Part shown: in pieces, positions 1 through 19,111 of the stretch
How the letters are laid out: every line of letters begins with the position of its first letter
Numbering within the stretch: position 1 is the stretch's first letter
Assembly: GCA_033442325.1 (NCBI GenBank)
Contig: JAWQFM010000036.1
Location: 528,943 to 592,942 of the forward strand
Length of the DNA stretch: 64,000 nucleotides
Origin: Salpingoeca rosetta
Taxonomy: Eukaryota; Protista; Choanoflagellata
Direction of reading: 5' to 3'
Program-made: the position numbers and the translations under genes
The notes under the pieces: generated by a model
Databases searched by the model: none
Told to the model about the DNA's origin: nothing
Seen by the model: only the letters and a program-made list of their open reading frames with translations

Positions 1-145
1 GTGTGTGTGTATGCGTGTGTGTGTATGTGTGTGTGTCTGTGTGTGTCTGTGTCTGTGTGGACCTCGTATCCGGTGCACGTTCATGCCGCTGTTGTTGGTG
101 GGCACTGCTGTGCTCACATGACGGCCACCACCATCGTATTTGCAG

Positions 146-847
146 GTGAATGCTGTGTCGCGGTTTCCAAGCAGTGACATCAACGACACATCTCGTTTGC
201 TCATCAGCAAACACCGCGTCGACGCAGCAGCGGCGCAGGTGATGGTGGTGGTGGTGGTGGTGGTGGTGGTGGTGGTGGTGATGGGCGCGGTGTTGTTGCT
301 GCGACCGCTGCTCGTCCTTTGTCGCCTGTGCGTCCTCGTCATATCTCATCACATCAAAGTCGTACACGCACACACACACACACACGGTTACCTACACGTT
401 CACGTACACACGCACGTGCGTGTGTGACTGCAGGCGCGAATATTGCGGCAGCGCCACACCATCAGCGCCATTCCCGTGCACGAAATACGATACCTGTACC
501 GCGGGAAGGAGAGAACATTCTGGATCTTTGGTCACGACCACAGGGTAAAGTGGCACTGCTCGTGTGTGTGTGTGTGTGTGTACGTGCGTGCATGCGTGTG
601 TGTGTGTCTGTGTATGCGTGTGTGTGTGTCTGTGTGTGTATGTGTGTGTGTGTGTGTCTGTCTGTGTGTGTATCTGCGCATGTGTGTGTGTACTGCAAAC
701 TCACTTACACAGTCTCAACTCTCTGGCGCCAAGACAGCATCTTCACTCACCTCTCTCCCTCTCTCTTTCTTCTTGTTCTGATCGCTTCAGGTGCACGTGA
801 CCGACTATCCTGCTCGCTTCTGCTTTGGCATGTGCACCTTGCTCTAA
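146..847 (+). CDS. SSUH2: SSUH2 (Ssu-2) homolog, 3' end only (exons 146-238, 434-544, 791-847)
   Basis: Spliced translation ...[37 protein letters not shown]|[18 protein letters not shown] resembles the SSUH2 C-terminus as recalled (ILQQRQTIELIP...YGTDHQV...DYP...CTIV). GT-AG junctions are all in phase 0. The 5' part lies outside the window. Confidence 0.8.
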
Positions 848-1425
848 CGCGCCGCCACAACAGACACCCAACAAACGCTTGTTTTGAACACTTTCTTGTT
901 GTCTTGTATTGCAGTGTGCCGACTTCGTGCATTCCCCACACTGTTACACACACACACACACTCACACACGCACAAGCACACTCACACACTCACAAGCACA
1001 CACACACGCACAAGCACACACACACACACACTCACTCACAAGCACACACACACGCACACCACGTCTTTGTCTAGTTGATTATTATGGATATTGTACATAA
1101 ACTTCTGCAAACTTGCGTTGCCAAGCTGTTGTGTTGGGAGCGCGCTGACGAAGAGAAGAAGAGGCCAAACACCACACCATACACAGCGCACACAACATCC
1201 GTCCATCCATCCAAGTATCCGTCCTTTCCTTTCCATCACAGGCACATACATCCCTTGCTTGCCGTCATTACTGCTGTTGCCGTGGTTGCTTTGCTCCAGT
1301 GACATACCACATAGCAACAGCAATACCGAAACCAAAACAAACGCACGCACATCCACCCATCCAAGTATCCATCCACCCCCCCCCTCCCCAGCACTACTTG
1401 ATCAGACAACAGCAACCACGCCATC

Positions 1426-5819
<4,394 letters not shown>

Positions 5820-6374
5820 CGAACGACGCGTTGCTTGGACCATGGCTTGTGCATGGACTGCATTGCATACATGGATCATGGCTCTACTCCCATGTGTGTG
5901 TGTGTGCGTGTGTTGCGTAGCCGCTTGTGTTTGTGTTGGCGAGAGTTTACCTTACGCTCCTGTCCTTTGTATCTTACACTTGCCTGTTTCGTATGTTGTT
6001 TCGCCTCCGTTGCGTTGTCTCACGTTTGGTGTTCGCGTGGGAGACGTCCTAGTTATGCGCGTGCCCCGCTTCCAAACTGGGTCGGTTTGTTGTGCGCCCT
6101 TGTGGATGCGTGCTTATGTTTGCATTGTCGTGTGGTTGTTGATGTGACTGACTGTGTTGAATTGATTGGTTTCGCTTTGTTCTGTCTGTTGCTGTCTGTT
6201 GCTGTCTTCATCATCCCACTGCATGAATGTGTATTGAAACACAAATCAACAGTCTTCTGACACTTGCCATCGATAACGTCAACACGAAGCACAAACACAC
6301 CAGCCACAACGTGCTCCAACATTGATCAACGCGCGCATACAAGTTGTCTCAACGCAAACGAGTATCCACCCACC

Positions 6375-6475
<101 letters not shown>

Positions 6476-9400
6476 TCACATGAGCTTGATGCAAAGTGTT
6501 TCGAAAGAAGGCCGTCTGGCCGGGTCTTGTTCCATGCACTGCAGCGCCAGCACCCGGAACCAGGTCGGAATGGCTGCAGCAGCAAAGGACAGACAATGTA
6601 CTTGGAACGTGAGGGAGGTGGGCAACAGGGTTTCATGCAAAAGGTCAAGGTTGAGCGATACTGATAGATTTACGGAATCGACGACCTTGTTTGTGCAAAC
6701 GCGTCCAGCACAACAATCACACAAGCACACACACAAACACAAACACAAACACAAACACATACACAAACACAAACACACCGTGCCCTGGGCCACCAGCGTG
6801 GTCGATGTACTCTTCTGGGAACGTGAGCCGTTTTCCATCGCTGAGGAGATTTAGAAGCGTCGCCAGCATCGGGCCCTGGTAGTCAGGTAGCTCTTGCTCA
6901 ATGAGGTCAGGGGTGCGTTGCGTTGCAATCTCCCACAGCAGCACGCCAAAGCTGAACACGTCCGCCTTGCGGTCATACACGCTACCCGTCAGCGCCTCTG
7001 GCGCCATGTACAGCGGTGTGCCCACACCGGCTGTCAGGGCCAGCCCAAGTGTCTGCCCGCCAACCTCCTGCGAGTACATCACATCCGCTGTTGCTGTTGT
7101 CTGCACGGGCTCTGCGGACAGCCGCTGGCGAATGGTTCCAAAGTCCGAGATTTTGGCGCGAAGTTTGCTTGACACGAGCACGTTGCCGCTCTTCAGATCC
7201 CTGCCAAAGCATCACAGGAAATGGTAGGCATAGAGATTGATGTGCAACAAAGCGTAAGCACGTTGCTTGCAGGCAAATGTGCAACAGTCACAGGTAACGA
7301 TGACATGCATGGGAAAACATGCATGGATAGATGGAACGAAAACACTCGCGACATAACTGGTTCACGCACACACGCACGCACTCACTCACGCACGCACTCA
7401 CTCACGCACTCACTCACTCACTCACTCACTCACTCACCCACTCACTCACCCACTCACTCACGCATGCACTCACTCACTCACTCACTCACTCACTCACTCA
7501 CTCACTCACTCACTCACTCACTCACGAGCAGACATGCACACCCACCCACTCACTCACTCACTCACTCACTCACTCACTCACTCACTCACTCACTCACGAG
7601 CAGACATGCACATCCACCCACGCATGCACTCACTCAAACACACACATCCACTCACTCCTTCACGCACTCACGCACACACATCCACACACATGCACATCCA
7701 CTCACGCACACAACACAGACCTGTGCATTTGGTCGAGGCTGTGGATGAATGCCATGCCAGATGCGACGTCATGAGCCAGTCGAACCTTCAGGTCCCACGC
7801 ATTAGCCACCTCCGCATCGTTCACACCCTTGTTCCCTGTGAACGACGTGCGAAGATGATCAGTCGACGTCTTGCTCTTCTTGTTGGACGTGACCACAATC
7901 AGCTGCTGCTCTTCATCGTCAATCCTCACATTCATATCATCGCCATCATCGCCATCACCATCGTCTTCTTCGTCAGCAGCAGCAGCGGCGTCGGCAGCAG
8001 CGTTGATGCGGTGGTGGTGTAGCACATCAGCCAGGTTCTTCTTGAGCAAGTCTCGCAGCGAGCCCATTGCCACAAACTCCAACACAAGAAAGGGGGCATT
8101 GTCGGGTGTTTGGCCCGCACCAAAGAACCGCACCACGTGTGGGTGGCGTGTCTTCTGCAGGAACGACACCTCCTTCTCAAACTCGGCTTCGGTGTTGGCG
8201 TCGAAGAAGGCAGCAGCGCTCTGTTGCCCAAACACCTTAACCGCGACGATGATCGTGTCCCATTCTGCCTTGAAGACGACTCCAAACGCGCCGCTGGCCA
8301 CGCGCCGAATCAAACGCATTTGGTCGTACGGGATCTGCCACGCGGACCTGAGTGCCAGCACTTCTGCGTTCGTCACCTCCAGCAGGGCCTGTCCAATGTC
8401 GCGCTGCTTGCGAAGGCGGCGCACGCGCCGCTTGTACCACAGCCGTGTCAGGTAGATGCACAAGGGCATGATTGCAAACACGGTGCCAAAGGTTATCTCC
8501 AGGACGGGTGTTGTTCTGGGATGACAGCGGCCGTTGCGGTTGCGAAACTCGTGTGCACACCGGCACTCGTGGGTGAAGGTGACTTCTGTGGACGGGGAGT
8601 CAGCGCCCTCTCGAATCGCGCGAACGCTTTGCAGTTGCAGATTGCATGCAACAGGGGAGCCTTGCAGCGACAGGATTGGAATTCGCTCCTTGGCAGGAAT
8701 CACGTCTCCGCCGATGGTGGAGAGGTCATCGGGTGCGAGCGCGAGCGTGGCTGCCGTGCCTGCACGCACCGCTCGCAGGCTTTGGAGCTGCGGGTTGTTG
8801 CTAAAATCAACAACATCAACCTCGCTCACACATGCGCGCAGCACGCGCGTCACGATCTCATCTTCAATGCTGGCGGCGCTCAGCAGCGCACGTGCAAACA
8901 AACGCGAGCGCCCCTGCTGTGAGCACAGCGCGTCTGAGAACGGGATGCGCGTGTTGCTGATGTCAAGCGTGTCCACGTTGAGGGTGTTGAGTGTGGCGAG
9001 CTGTTTAGAGTGCGAGACGTTTAGGTACGTAACGTCAGTGCTGATATTCACAGAGCCAAGCTGTGTGTTCTCTTCCAGATGCACGGCGTTGAAGGTTCGG
9101 GAAGGAAGCTCAAACTCGCGAATCGCTGTGCGGGTGAGGTAAAACTCTTGCACGCTGTCCGCAAGGTTGTTTGCTAAGATGCTTGCAAGCAACTCCGGGT
9201 CGTCCATGCCTGGCCAGCCAATGCCAAAGCTCTCCAGGGTTGTGTTGGCAAAGGGCGTGAGGTCGGTCACCACGAGGTTTCGAACGTCCAGTGTGTCCAC
9301 GTTGCGCAGACTCTGTTGGACAGACTCATCGGCGGAGGAAAAGACCAGTTTTGGCGTGTGTTGCTGCGGGGTGGCTGCAATTTGCAGCGCGGTCAGGGTT

Positions 9401-11388
9401 GTCAGATGCAGGATGTCGTCCAGATTGAACCCAGGTAGGTGGTGCCCGTTGATGTTGAGCACCTCGAGTCTGCGCAAGCTCGAGAGGCCGTGCAGCGATT
9501 CGAGCGGGTTGCCGGCCAAGTACAACAGGGTGAGGTCTGGCATGGATGACACGTTCAGGGTGGTGATGGCATTGCCAGGCACATGCAGCTGAGTGAGCTT
9601 GGTGGCGTTGTGCTGAAAGTGGGGCGGCAGCGCCGTGATTCGGTTGCCTGCCATGCTGAGCTCCTCCAGCACAGCGGAGTCTGCCAGAAACGTGTGTGGC
9701 AGGGATGTAATCTGGTTTCGGTCCAAGTCGATGTCCACAAGGGAGTGCAGCCCACGAAATGTGCCCACCACCACCTCCTTGAGACGATTCACCTGGAGCG
9801 CAAGGTATTTGAGGTTGGTCAGGTCCACAAATGTGTTTGGTTGGAGGGTTTCAATTTTGTTGTTGTGCAGTGTGAGGTTCACGAGTGCAGAAAGGCCAGC
9901 GAAGATGCGAGGAGGGAGGGCTGTCAGTTCACAGCTGTGAATCTTGAGCTCATGCAACGCTGTGGTTGTTTTGAACAGCTGTTCCGGCAAGGTTTGGAGG
10001 GAGGTGCCATGTAGAAGCAGCGTGTGCAGTGCAGTCTGGGCTGCAAACACGCTGTCAGGCAATTTCGTAAATGCATTGTCGTGAAGGTGAAGGGTTTGCA
10101 AGGCGGTCAGCACCTCAAATGTGCTGCTTGCAAGCACGGTTAAAGCGTTGCCATCCAGCTGCAGGTCAGTGAGAGCACTCAGGGCAGAAAACGCCGTCTC
10201 ATCGATGTGTGTGAGCCCGGCACTGGTGAGGTCAAGCGTTGTCAGCTTCGTCGTGCTCGCAAACGCGTTGGCGGGCAGGGACGCAAGCGGGTTGTTGTCT
10301 GCCACCAGCACCTCCAGGTTCGGCACGAAGCCCAAGAAGCGTGACAAGCTCGTGACGGCATTGTCGGTGATTGTCAATCGCTTAATGTTGGGGAATGACT
10401 TATCCTCAGGTGCTGTGAGGGTGGTTGTCGTCCCGCCAATCAGCGCCAATTCCGTCAGAGATCCCATGGTGTTCGTAATGGCTTCCAAAGACACTTCTGA
10501 CTGTGGGAGCCCGTGAACCGTGAGTGACACGACGTTGTTCCACCAGCTGTCACCAGCCGGGGCGAGAATGCAAGCGAGGTGTTCCGCGGTGACGCCGTCT
10601 CGTAAGACAATACCCACAGTTCTGTCGCGAAGTGCCGCACAGTCCGAGTCAGGTGCACAATTCCCAAGCCTGTGTGTATTACAGCGCTGGTTGGCGATGA
10701 TATCCAAGATAAAAGTTCCATCATCTGGCACGTTGCATGAGTGGCCAAGCACCCCGCCCATTCCACATCTGACAACTGGTGTTGACCCTCGGTCTCTCCG
10801 CTGTCTCATTGACCGTTGTTGTAGCTGGTGCTGGTGCTGCTGCTGGTTGTTGCGTTGGTGTTTGTCGGTGGCTTCGTGTGCGGTCCTCGTCACGGCGTCG
10901 CCGTTGTTGGTGTGTACGCCGCGCGAGTGAGTGGGTGCTTGCCTTTGCGGTGTTTGAGGCAAGTGACAGGAGTGCGCCATGAGCGCACGAAGAGGCTGCA
11001 GTCTGGGGTCTTCTATGCGCTGGCTGCCTTGATTGTCCGCTCCTTTATTGCTTCGATCACCGGCATCACCATAGCGCACCAGTGTGGCCAGATCTGCTTC
11101 GATCGATGCCAGTGATGCGTGTGCTGCGGCACAGAGTTCAAGGGGTGCAGTGCGCGACCCCAGGTTGGCCGGGGAAGGGGGAGGCAGAGGGTCTGTGAAT
11201 TGGTTCTCCTCATCGGATGGACTGGAAGCGTCGGTGGTGTTTGTGGTTGTGGAACGAGGAGGACGCAGCGCACTGCCACCCTCTGCTCCGAGACAAGAAC
11301 AAGGGCACGCCACTACGACCACCGCCACCAACAGCGCCACTGCCCAGCATGTCGGCGAGCTGGACAAGGGAGCACGCTGCGACGGCAT
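6476..11388 (-). CDS. LRR receptor-like TKL protein kinase (signal peptide, LRRs, EGF-like motif, TM, kinase); exons 11388-7721, 7200-6779, 6573-6476
   Basis: Hydrophobic N-terminus, many LxxLxLxxN repeats, CRC...C motif and TM segment [16 protein letters not shown]. Kinase motifs GAFGVV, VAVK, HR|[29 protein letters not shown] and RPSF. Splice phases are consistent. Confidence 0.93.
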
Positions 11389-11950
11389 GGCAAGCTACGT
11401 GTGTCGGTTGGTGGTTTGGTGAGGGAGGGAGGTTGAGCGGATGGGAGGATAGGAGGATGGGGAGGGTTGAGGCTTTGAGCTTGAGGGAGAAAAGAGAGAA
11501 GGCGAGCGACGGGGTTGCGGAGTAAGTGAAGAAGGGCAAGAGCAGCACACGCGCCACACGACTTGCTTGGTCTTTGTTCTGCACGCTTGCTCGTTGTGTG
11601 CGGCCTGCATGTTGTTCTTTGTTCTCCGCCCAGACAAAGAAGGGGAAGTGCGTGGAAGTGTGGAAGTGAGGAAGTGTGTGCCTGCATGCTTGCAAGGTTG
11701 TCCCACACGACTTGTGGCGGGGAAATTTCTTGTGGAAAAGTTGTTGTTGTTCCTGGTGCTGCTGCTGTTGTTGTTGTTCGTGCGTGAGACAAGGGTTGCC
11801 GTGTCGTGCATCAGTGCATCATGTTGTCTTGTCACATCATACATCGACACCACAGCGCATCCACGCGCCACAGTCACACGTTGACATGTTTATCGCATGA
11901 TGATTCAACGAGTCCAAATGCACAGACACACAACACACACACACACATGG

Positions 11951-11992
<42 letters not shown>

Positions 11993-12236
11993 TATGGCAA
12001 AGACACACACACACACACAAACACTGGCAAAGACACACACAAAACATACACACGGCGCAAAACCACGACAGCTGACCACTATGAAGCAGGATACATTAGG
12101 ACATCCACATCATCCACACCAACCATCCCCATCACCAACCATCCCCATCACCACTGTCCCTCCCTCGACCCAAGCCCAAGCAAAAGCGCCAGCGTAACTG
12201 CCACCCCTATTGCTGTGTCAGCGTTTGATATCGTTT

Positions 12237-12989
12237 TCAGCTGAGCTTGCTCGCTTGGAGGTCACGGGCCAGCTGTGTCACCCCATTCTTGGCTGTGTTG
12301 CTCGAGACACCACCATCATCATCACCATCAGCAGTGCTGTGTCCTGTCCTGTCTGCAGCTGCTGCCATGGGCGCTCCGTGGCGTGGAGCGTGTCGTTGAG
12401 GGTCCTCCTCCTCCTCCTCCTCCTGCTGCTGCTGCTGTTGATGTGAAGGGGTTGGTGCGTCACCAGTATTTCCATTGGTCCAGTCTCTTGCATCTGCACT
12501 GTCGTCCTTTGAGTCTGCACTGCGGTCTCCAGTTCTCTGCGTTGCATCATCACCATCACCATCCTCACCAAGACCAACATCATCCTCACCAAGACCAACA
12601 TCATCCTCACCAAGACCAACAACATCATCATCATCATCGTCATCGTCGTCGTCGTCCGCAAGGCTGAGCTCCGTGCCGCCGTTCATGAGCGTCGTGGCGG
12701 CGGTTGTGTTGGCGCTGTCGGCGGTGTTGTGCTGCTGCAACTGTGCACCCACCTCCTTCAGCTCGTTCTCGGCAACAACGGATATGGCCTCGCTCATGGC
12801 AGCGTCAAACGCGAACGGCTGCTGCGCCGCTCGTGCCTGTTGCTGCGCATCGCTCTGCATCATCTGCGACACAGATGACACCGCAGTCTATTGCGCCGAT
12901 GGGTTGTTGCGGGGGGCGGGGGGCGGGTTGTGATTGCGGTGCGTGCGTGTATGAGTAAGTGCGTGTGCGGCGTGCGTGAGTGTGAGCGT

Positions 12990-13077
<88 letters not shown>

Positions 13078-13498
13078 AAGGAAGACGAAGCGGTGCACGT
13101 TCAAAGGAAAGAACTGGCGAACGGTATCATGCTTAGAGGTACGCCTACACATGCCATCAATCATACACCCACACGCACACACCCACAGACACATCCACAC
13201 ACAGACACACACACACTACGCACCTGCAGCTCGGTCCATTGTTGGCGGGTGGCAAAGAGCTGATCAGCGAGACGTTGCCGTTCCGTCTCACTCGCTCGCA
13301 GCTGTGAACGGCAAGATGGGCACACATGTTCGGGTTAGGATGGCGAAGCGTTGGGGGGGGGGGTGTTGACGGGGTTGTGGTAGTCAGAGCGAAAGCAAAG
13401 GGGCAACGTGAGGTGGAAGTGAAACACAAGTGCGTGTGCGTGTGTGTATGTGTGTGTGTATGTGTGAGTGAGTGTGTGAGTGAGTGAGTGAGAGAGAG

Positions 13499-13562
<64 letters not shown>

Positions 13563-13934
13563 TGTGTGTGTGTGTGTGTGTGTGTGGAGGTTCATAAGCA
13601 AAAGCAGGAGCAAAAGCAGGAGCACAAACGGGGGTGAGCTGCCAAGTCAACAGCACGGATGAGAAACACACACACACATCGTTTGTGACACAACAACAAC
13701 AAGTGCCCAATCTCCCGTGATCATCCACAAGCACACACCTGTGATTTGAGCTGGTCCACGCTCTGTGATAGTTGTAATACGAGGGTGATGAGCTTCTCCC
13801 GCGGCAACGCGGCAACACGGTCTGCTGTGCTTGACATGGCCCTTGCGCTTGCGCTATCTGGGGTGTCGTGGCCTGTTACGCGCATGGCAGGTGTTGTCAG
13901 GGCGAGAGAAAGTGCGGCAGCAACGACAGCAATG

Positions 13935-13981
<47 letters not shown>

Positions 13982-14382
13982 TGTATGCGTGTTCGTGTTC
14001 GTGTGCGTGTGTGGATACGAAGCGGGAGGAACCGCGCAATCACGTGTGCCGGTGCGAGTCGTGAAGGATGTGAGATGCGTCTGGAACAATGGTGCGACAA
14101 CGTGCATAGCCAAATGCGCTTGATCATGTCCACGTGCATGACTCCCCACACACGCACATGAAGGAGAAGTAGTATACACCCAAACCCACTCATGTGCACC
14201 CATAGCATCGTCTCATACACGAACGGGCATCGGCCCACGCACAACGCACAACGCACAACGCACGCGATCGCAATTCACATCACCACCACCACCACGCCAT
14301 CACCGCCACCATCATATCCGTCCTTCACCTTCTTCTTCGTGATTGTTCGCCTGGATTGTAGAAAAGTGGCGAAATCATCCAT
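12237..14382 (-). CDS. Hypothetical ~303-aa protein with N-terminal coiled coil and acidic C-terminal half; exons 14382-14329, 14080-14044, 13872-13739, 13259-13224, 12887-12237
   Basis: Five exons join in frame through GT-AG: MDDFATFLQSRRTITKKK|THLTSFTTRTGT|R...LITLVLQLSQSVDQLKSQ|LFATRQQWTELQ|TAVSSV... Includes a 21-bp DDVGLGE repeat. No family recognised. Confidence 0.6.
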
Positions 14383-14607
14383 ATTTTTCAGCAACAAGGG
14401 CTGTGTGTGTGTGTGTGTGTCTTCCTCACAGTCACAGATGTGGGGTTAGTTGTGTATGTCACATACATGTGGCTGTTTATGTTCAAGGGAAAGGAGCAAA
14501 GAACAAGCACACAGACAGAGAAAGACAGAGACAAAACACAGAGAGAAACAGACAGACACAGACACACACACACACACGCACACACACACACACACACACA
14601 CAGGCAC

Positions 14608-14638
<31 letters not shown>

Positions 14639-14643
14639 CACAC

Positions 14644-14710
<67 letters not shown>

Positions 14711-14798
14711 CGCACACAAGCACACACACACACGCACACAAGCACACTGCCACGAATGAAACAATCATGCAACGGTTATTGGGACAGGACGGGAGTGA

Positions 14799-14984
14799 TC
14801 AGGGTGCAGCACCGCCGAGCTGTGGAAACACAAAGAGCAACAACACACGCACATGGGATGATGGTGAACAGCGCGTTGAGGCACTGGGCAAGAGCTGGAG
14901 AAGACGAAGAAGAACAACCAAATCCACAAACGTGCCGCTCCTCACCACACACACACACACACACACTCGAATACACACACACAA

Positions 14985-15027
<43 letters not shown>

Positions 15028-15663
15028 CACACACACACACACACACACCTCGATGGTTTCCATCTCCTCTGCGGAGAGCTGACGATATCGGAGGTGTGCC
15101 GGGGTTGTGTCGAGAACGGGGCCCGTGTACTTTGATGACGATGATGAAGAGGAAGATGCCGTTGATGACACGGCAGATGATGTGCTCGGTGTGTTGGATG
15201 CCATTTTGTCAAAGAACTCCCGCGACAGCTTCACCAGCGCTGTGAACACAAAAAGTGGTGACGTGTAAAGTGCAGGAGTGAGGGCAATGGTGGAACACAG
15301 AGGGGGGGGAGGGGCAAGGAAGCGCGAGTGATTCTCGCGTACAGACAGTGTGGTGCGGTTGCCAGGTGGGTTGCCAAGCAAAGCAGATGGAGTGGTAAGC
15401 AGCTTGACAGGCGTGAGGACATGTATTCACATTCACACACAACATGAGATTCACAAACACACGAGGGGCAGACACACGGGGTATAGATATAGACACACGG
15501 GGTACAGACACACGGGGTACACACACAGAAACACAGACACACGGGTTACAGACACAGACACGCACACACAAGCACACACACACAGAAAGACACAGACAGA
15601 CACGCACACAGAGACACACACACACACACACACACACAGGCACAGGCACACACACAGGCACAG

Positions 15664-15760
<97 letters not shown>

Positions 15761-15849
15761 CACAGCAGCAGCAACAGCGTACGTGCGCCGCTGGCGTCCC
15801 TGCGTGCGGGAAAGGAGATCATTCTTCTCAGCACAGCAGTCAACTTCAT
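14799..15849 (-). CDS. MRPS36: KGD4/MRPS36-like alpha-ketoglutarate dehydrogenase adaptor subunit, 92 aa; exons 15849-15783, 15239-15049, 14819-14799
   Basis: Spliced protein MKLTAVLRRMISFPARRDASGA...TPAHLRYRQLSAEEMETIELGGAAP*. It carries both family motifs: N-terminal I(R/S)FP.RR and C-terminal YR..LS.EEME.I..GG. Confidence 0.8.
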
Positions 15850-16370
15850 CTTCGTTGTTGTCGCAGCAAACGGCAGGTCAGCAGAACATGCAATCGTCCT
15901 GGAGATAAGCCGCTAACCTACAACTATGCCAAGAGCGAATTTCAGCGAGCATCTTTTTAAACAATCGGCGGCGCCAAAACACCAGAGCAAAGGGCGCGCA
16001 GCAGCCAAGAAGCAAAACAAGAAGGACAACACCACAGCGCACACACACACCACCACCACCACCACGAACGAACAGACACACTAGCACAGACGGTCCACGA
16101 TGCAGTGTGAGAGGCGAGAACCGCAGGGTGTTGTGGACACGTTGCTGTTGCTCAGGAAGCCGGCGATAGCCTCTCGCCAGCATGAGCAACAGCCACCCTG
16201 GTCATCGTCAGCGCGTCGCGCCAGGTTCGCGAAGAACAACACAGACTCATGCATCCAAGTGTGCTGTCGGATCGCGGTGCTGGTTGCGAACGAGTTTGGT
16301 TTTGTTGGTGTTGGTGTGCTGAGGCGAGACTTGTCTTCTTCCTGCCTCCTCTCTTGTCGTCCCCTTGACT

Positions 16371-18461
<2,091 letters not shown>

Positions 18462-18558
18462 CTGCACTCCAACACGATGCTTCTCCACACACGCACACAC
18501 ACACACACACACCCCACAACCCAACACACACACAGACACACACACACACACACACACA

Positions 18559-18623
<65 letters not shown>

Positions 18624-19111
18624 ACGCATGTCCATCAGATCGCATCAGTGGTTCATTCGTATTTGTTTCCGTGTTTGTTTGAAAGCAGTAAAAGATGACC
18701 CAATTAACCAAACAGGCCGCGGGAGAAGAACACGATGAATGACATTGCTTGCATGCAAGGAAATGTCATTCAGTCAGGAAAGATCAGTGCATGCAAGTAA
18801 GAACAAAAAATGGAACAGATACACGCAGATGGAGACGATGTGCACGTTTGTCATGCAGTGCGTGCACGCGTTTGCGGACACGGGTCCCAAATAAGAGCAA
18901 ATGAGGCAGGACATGGTGTGGTACAGCGTCGCATACGATGGAGGTTCATGACACGGGGGGGGGGGCAGGGGTGGGAAGAAGGAGGAGGAAAAACAACCAA
19001 GCATCAACAATGATGAAGCTTCATTCTTTTCAAACACACACACACACACACAGACGCACGCACATAAACACACAGACACACACACAGACACACACAATTC
19101 CCCCGTGAGTG

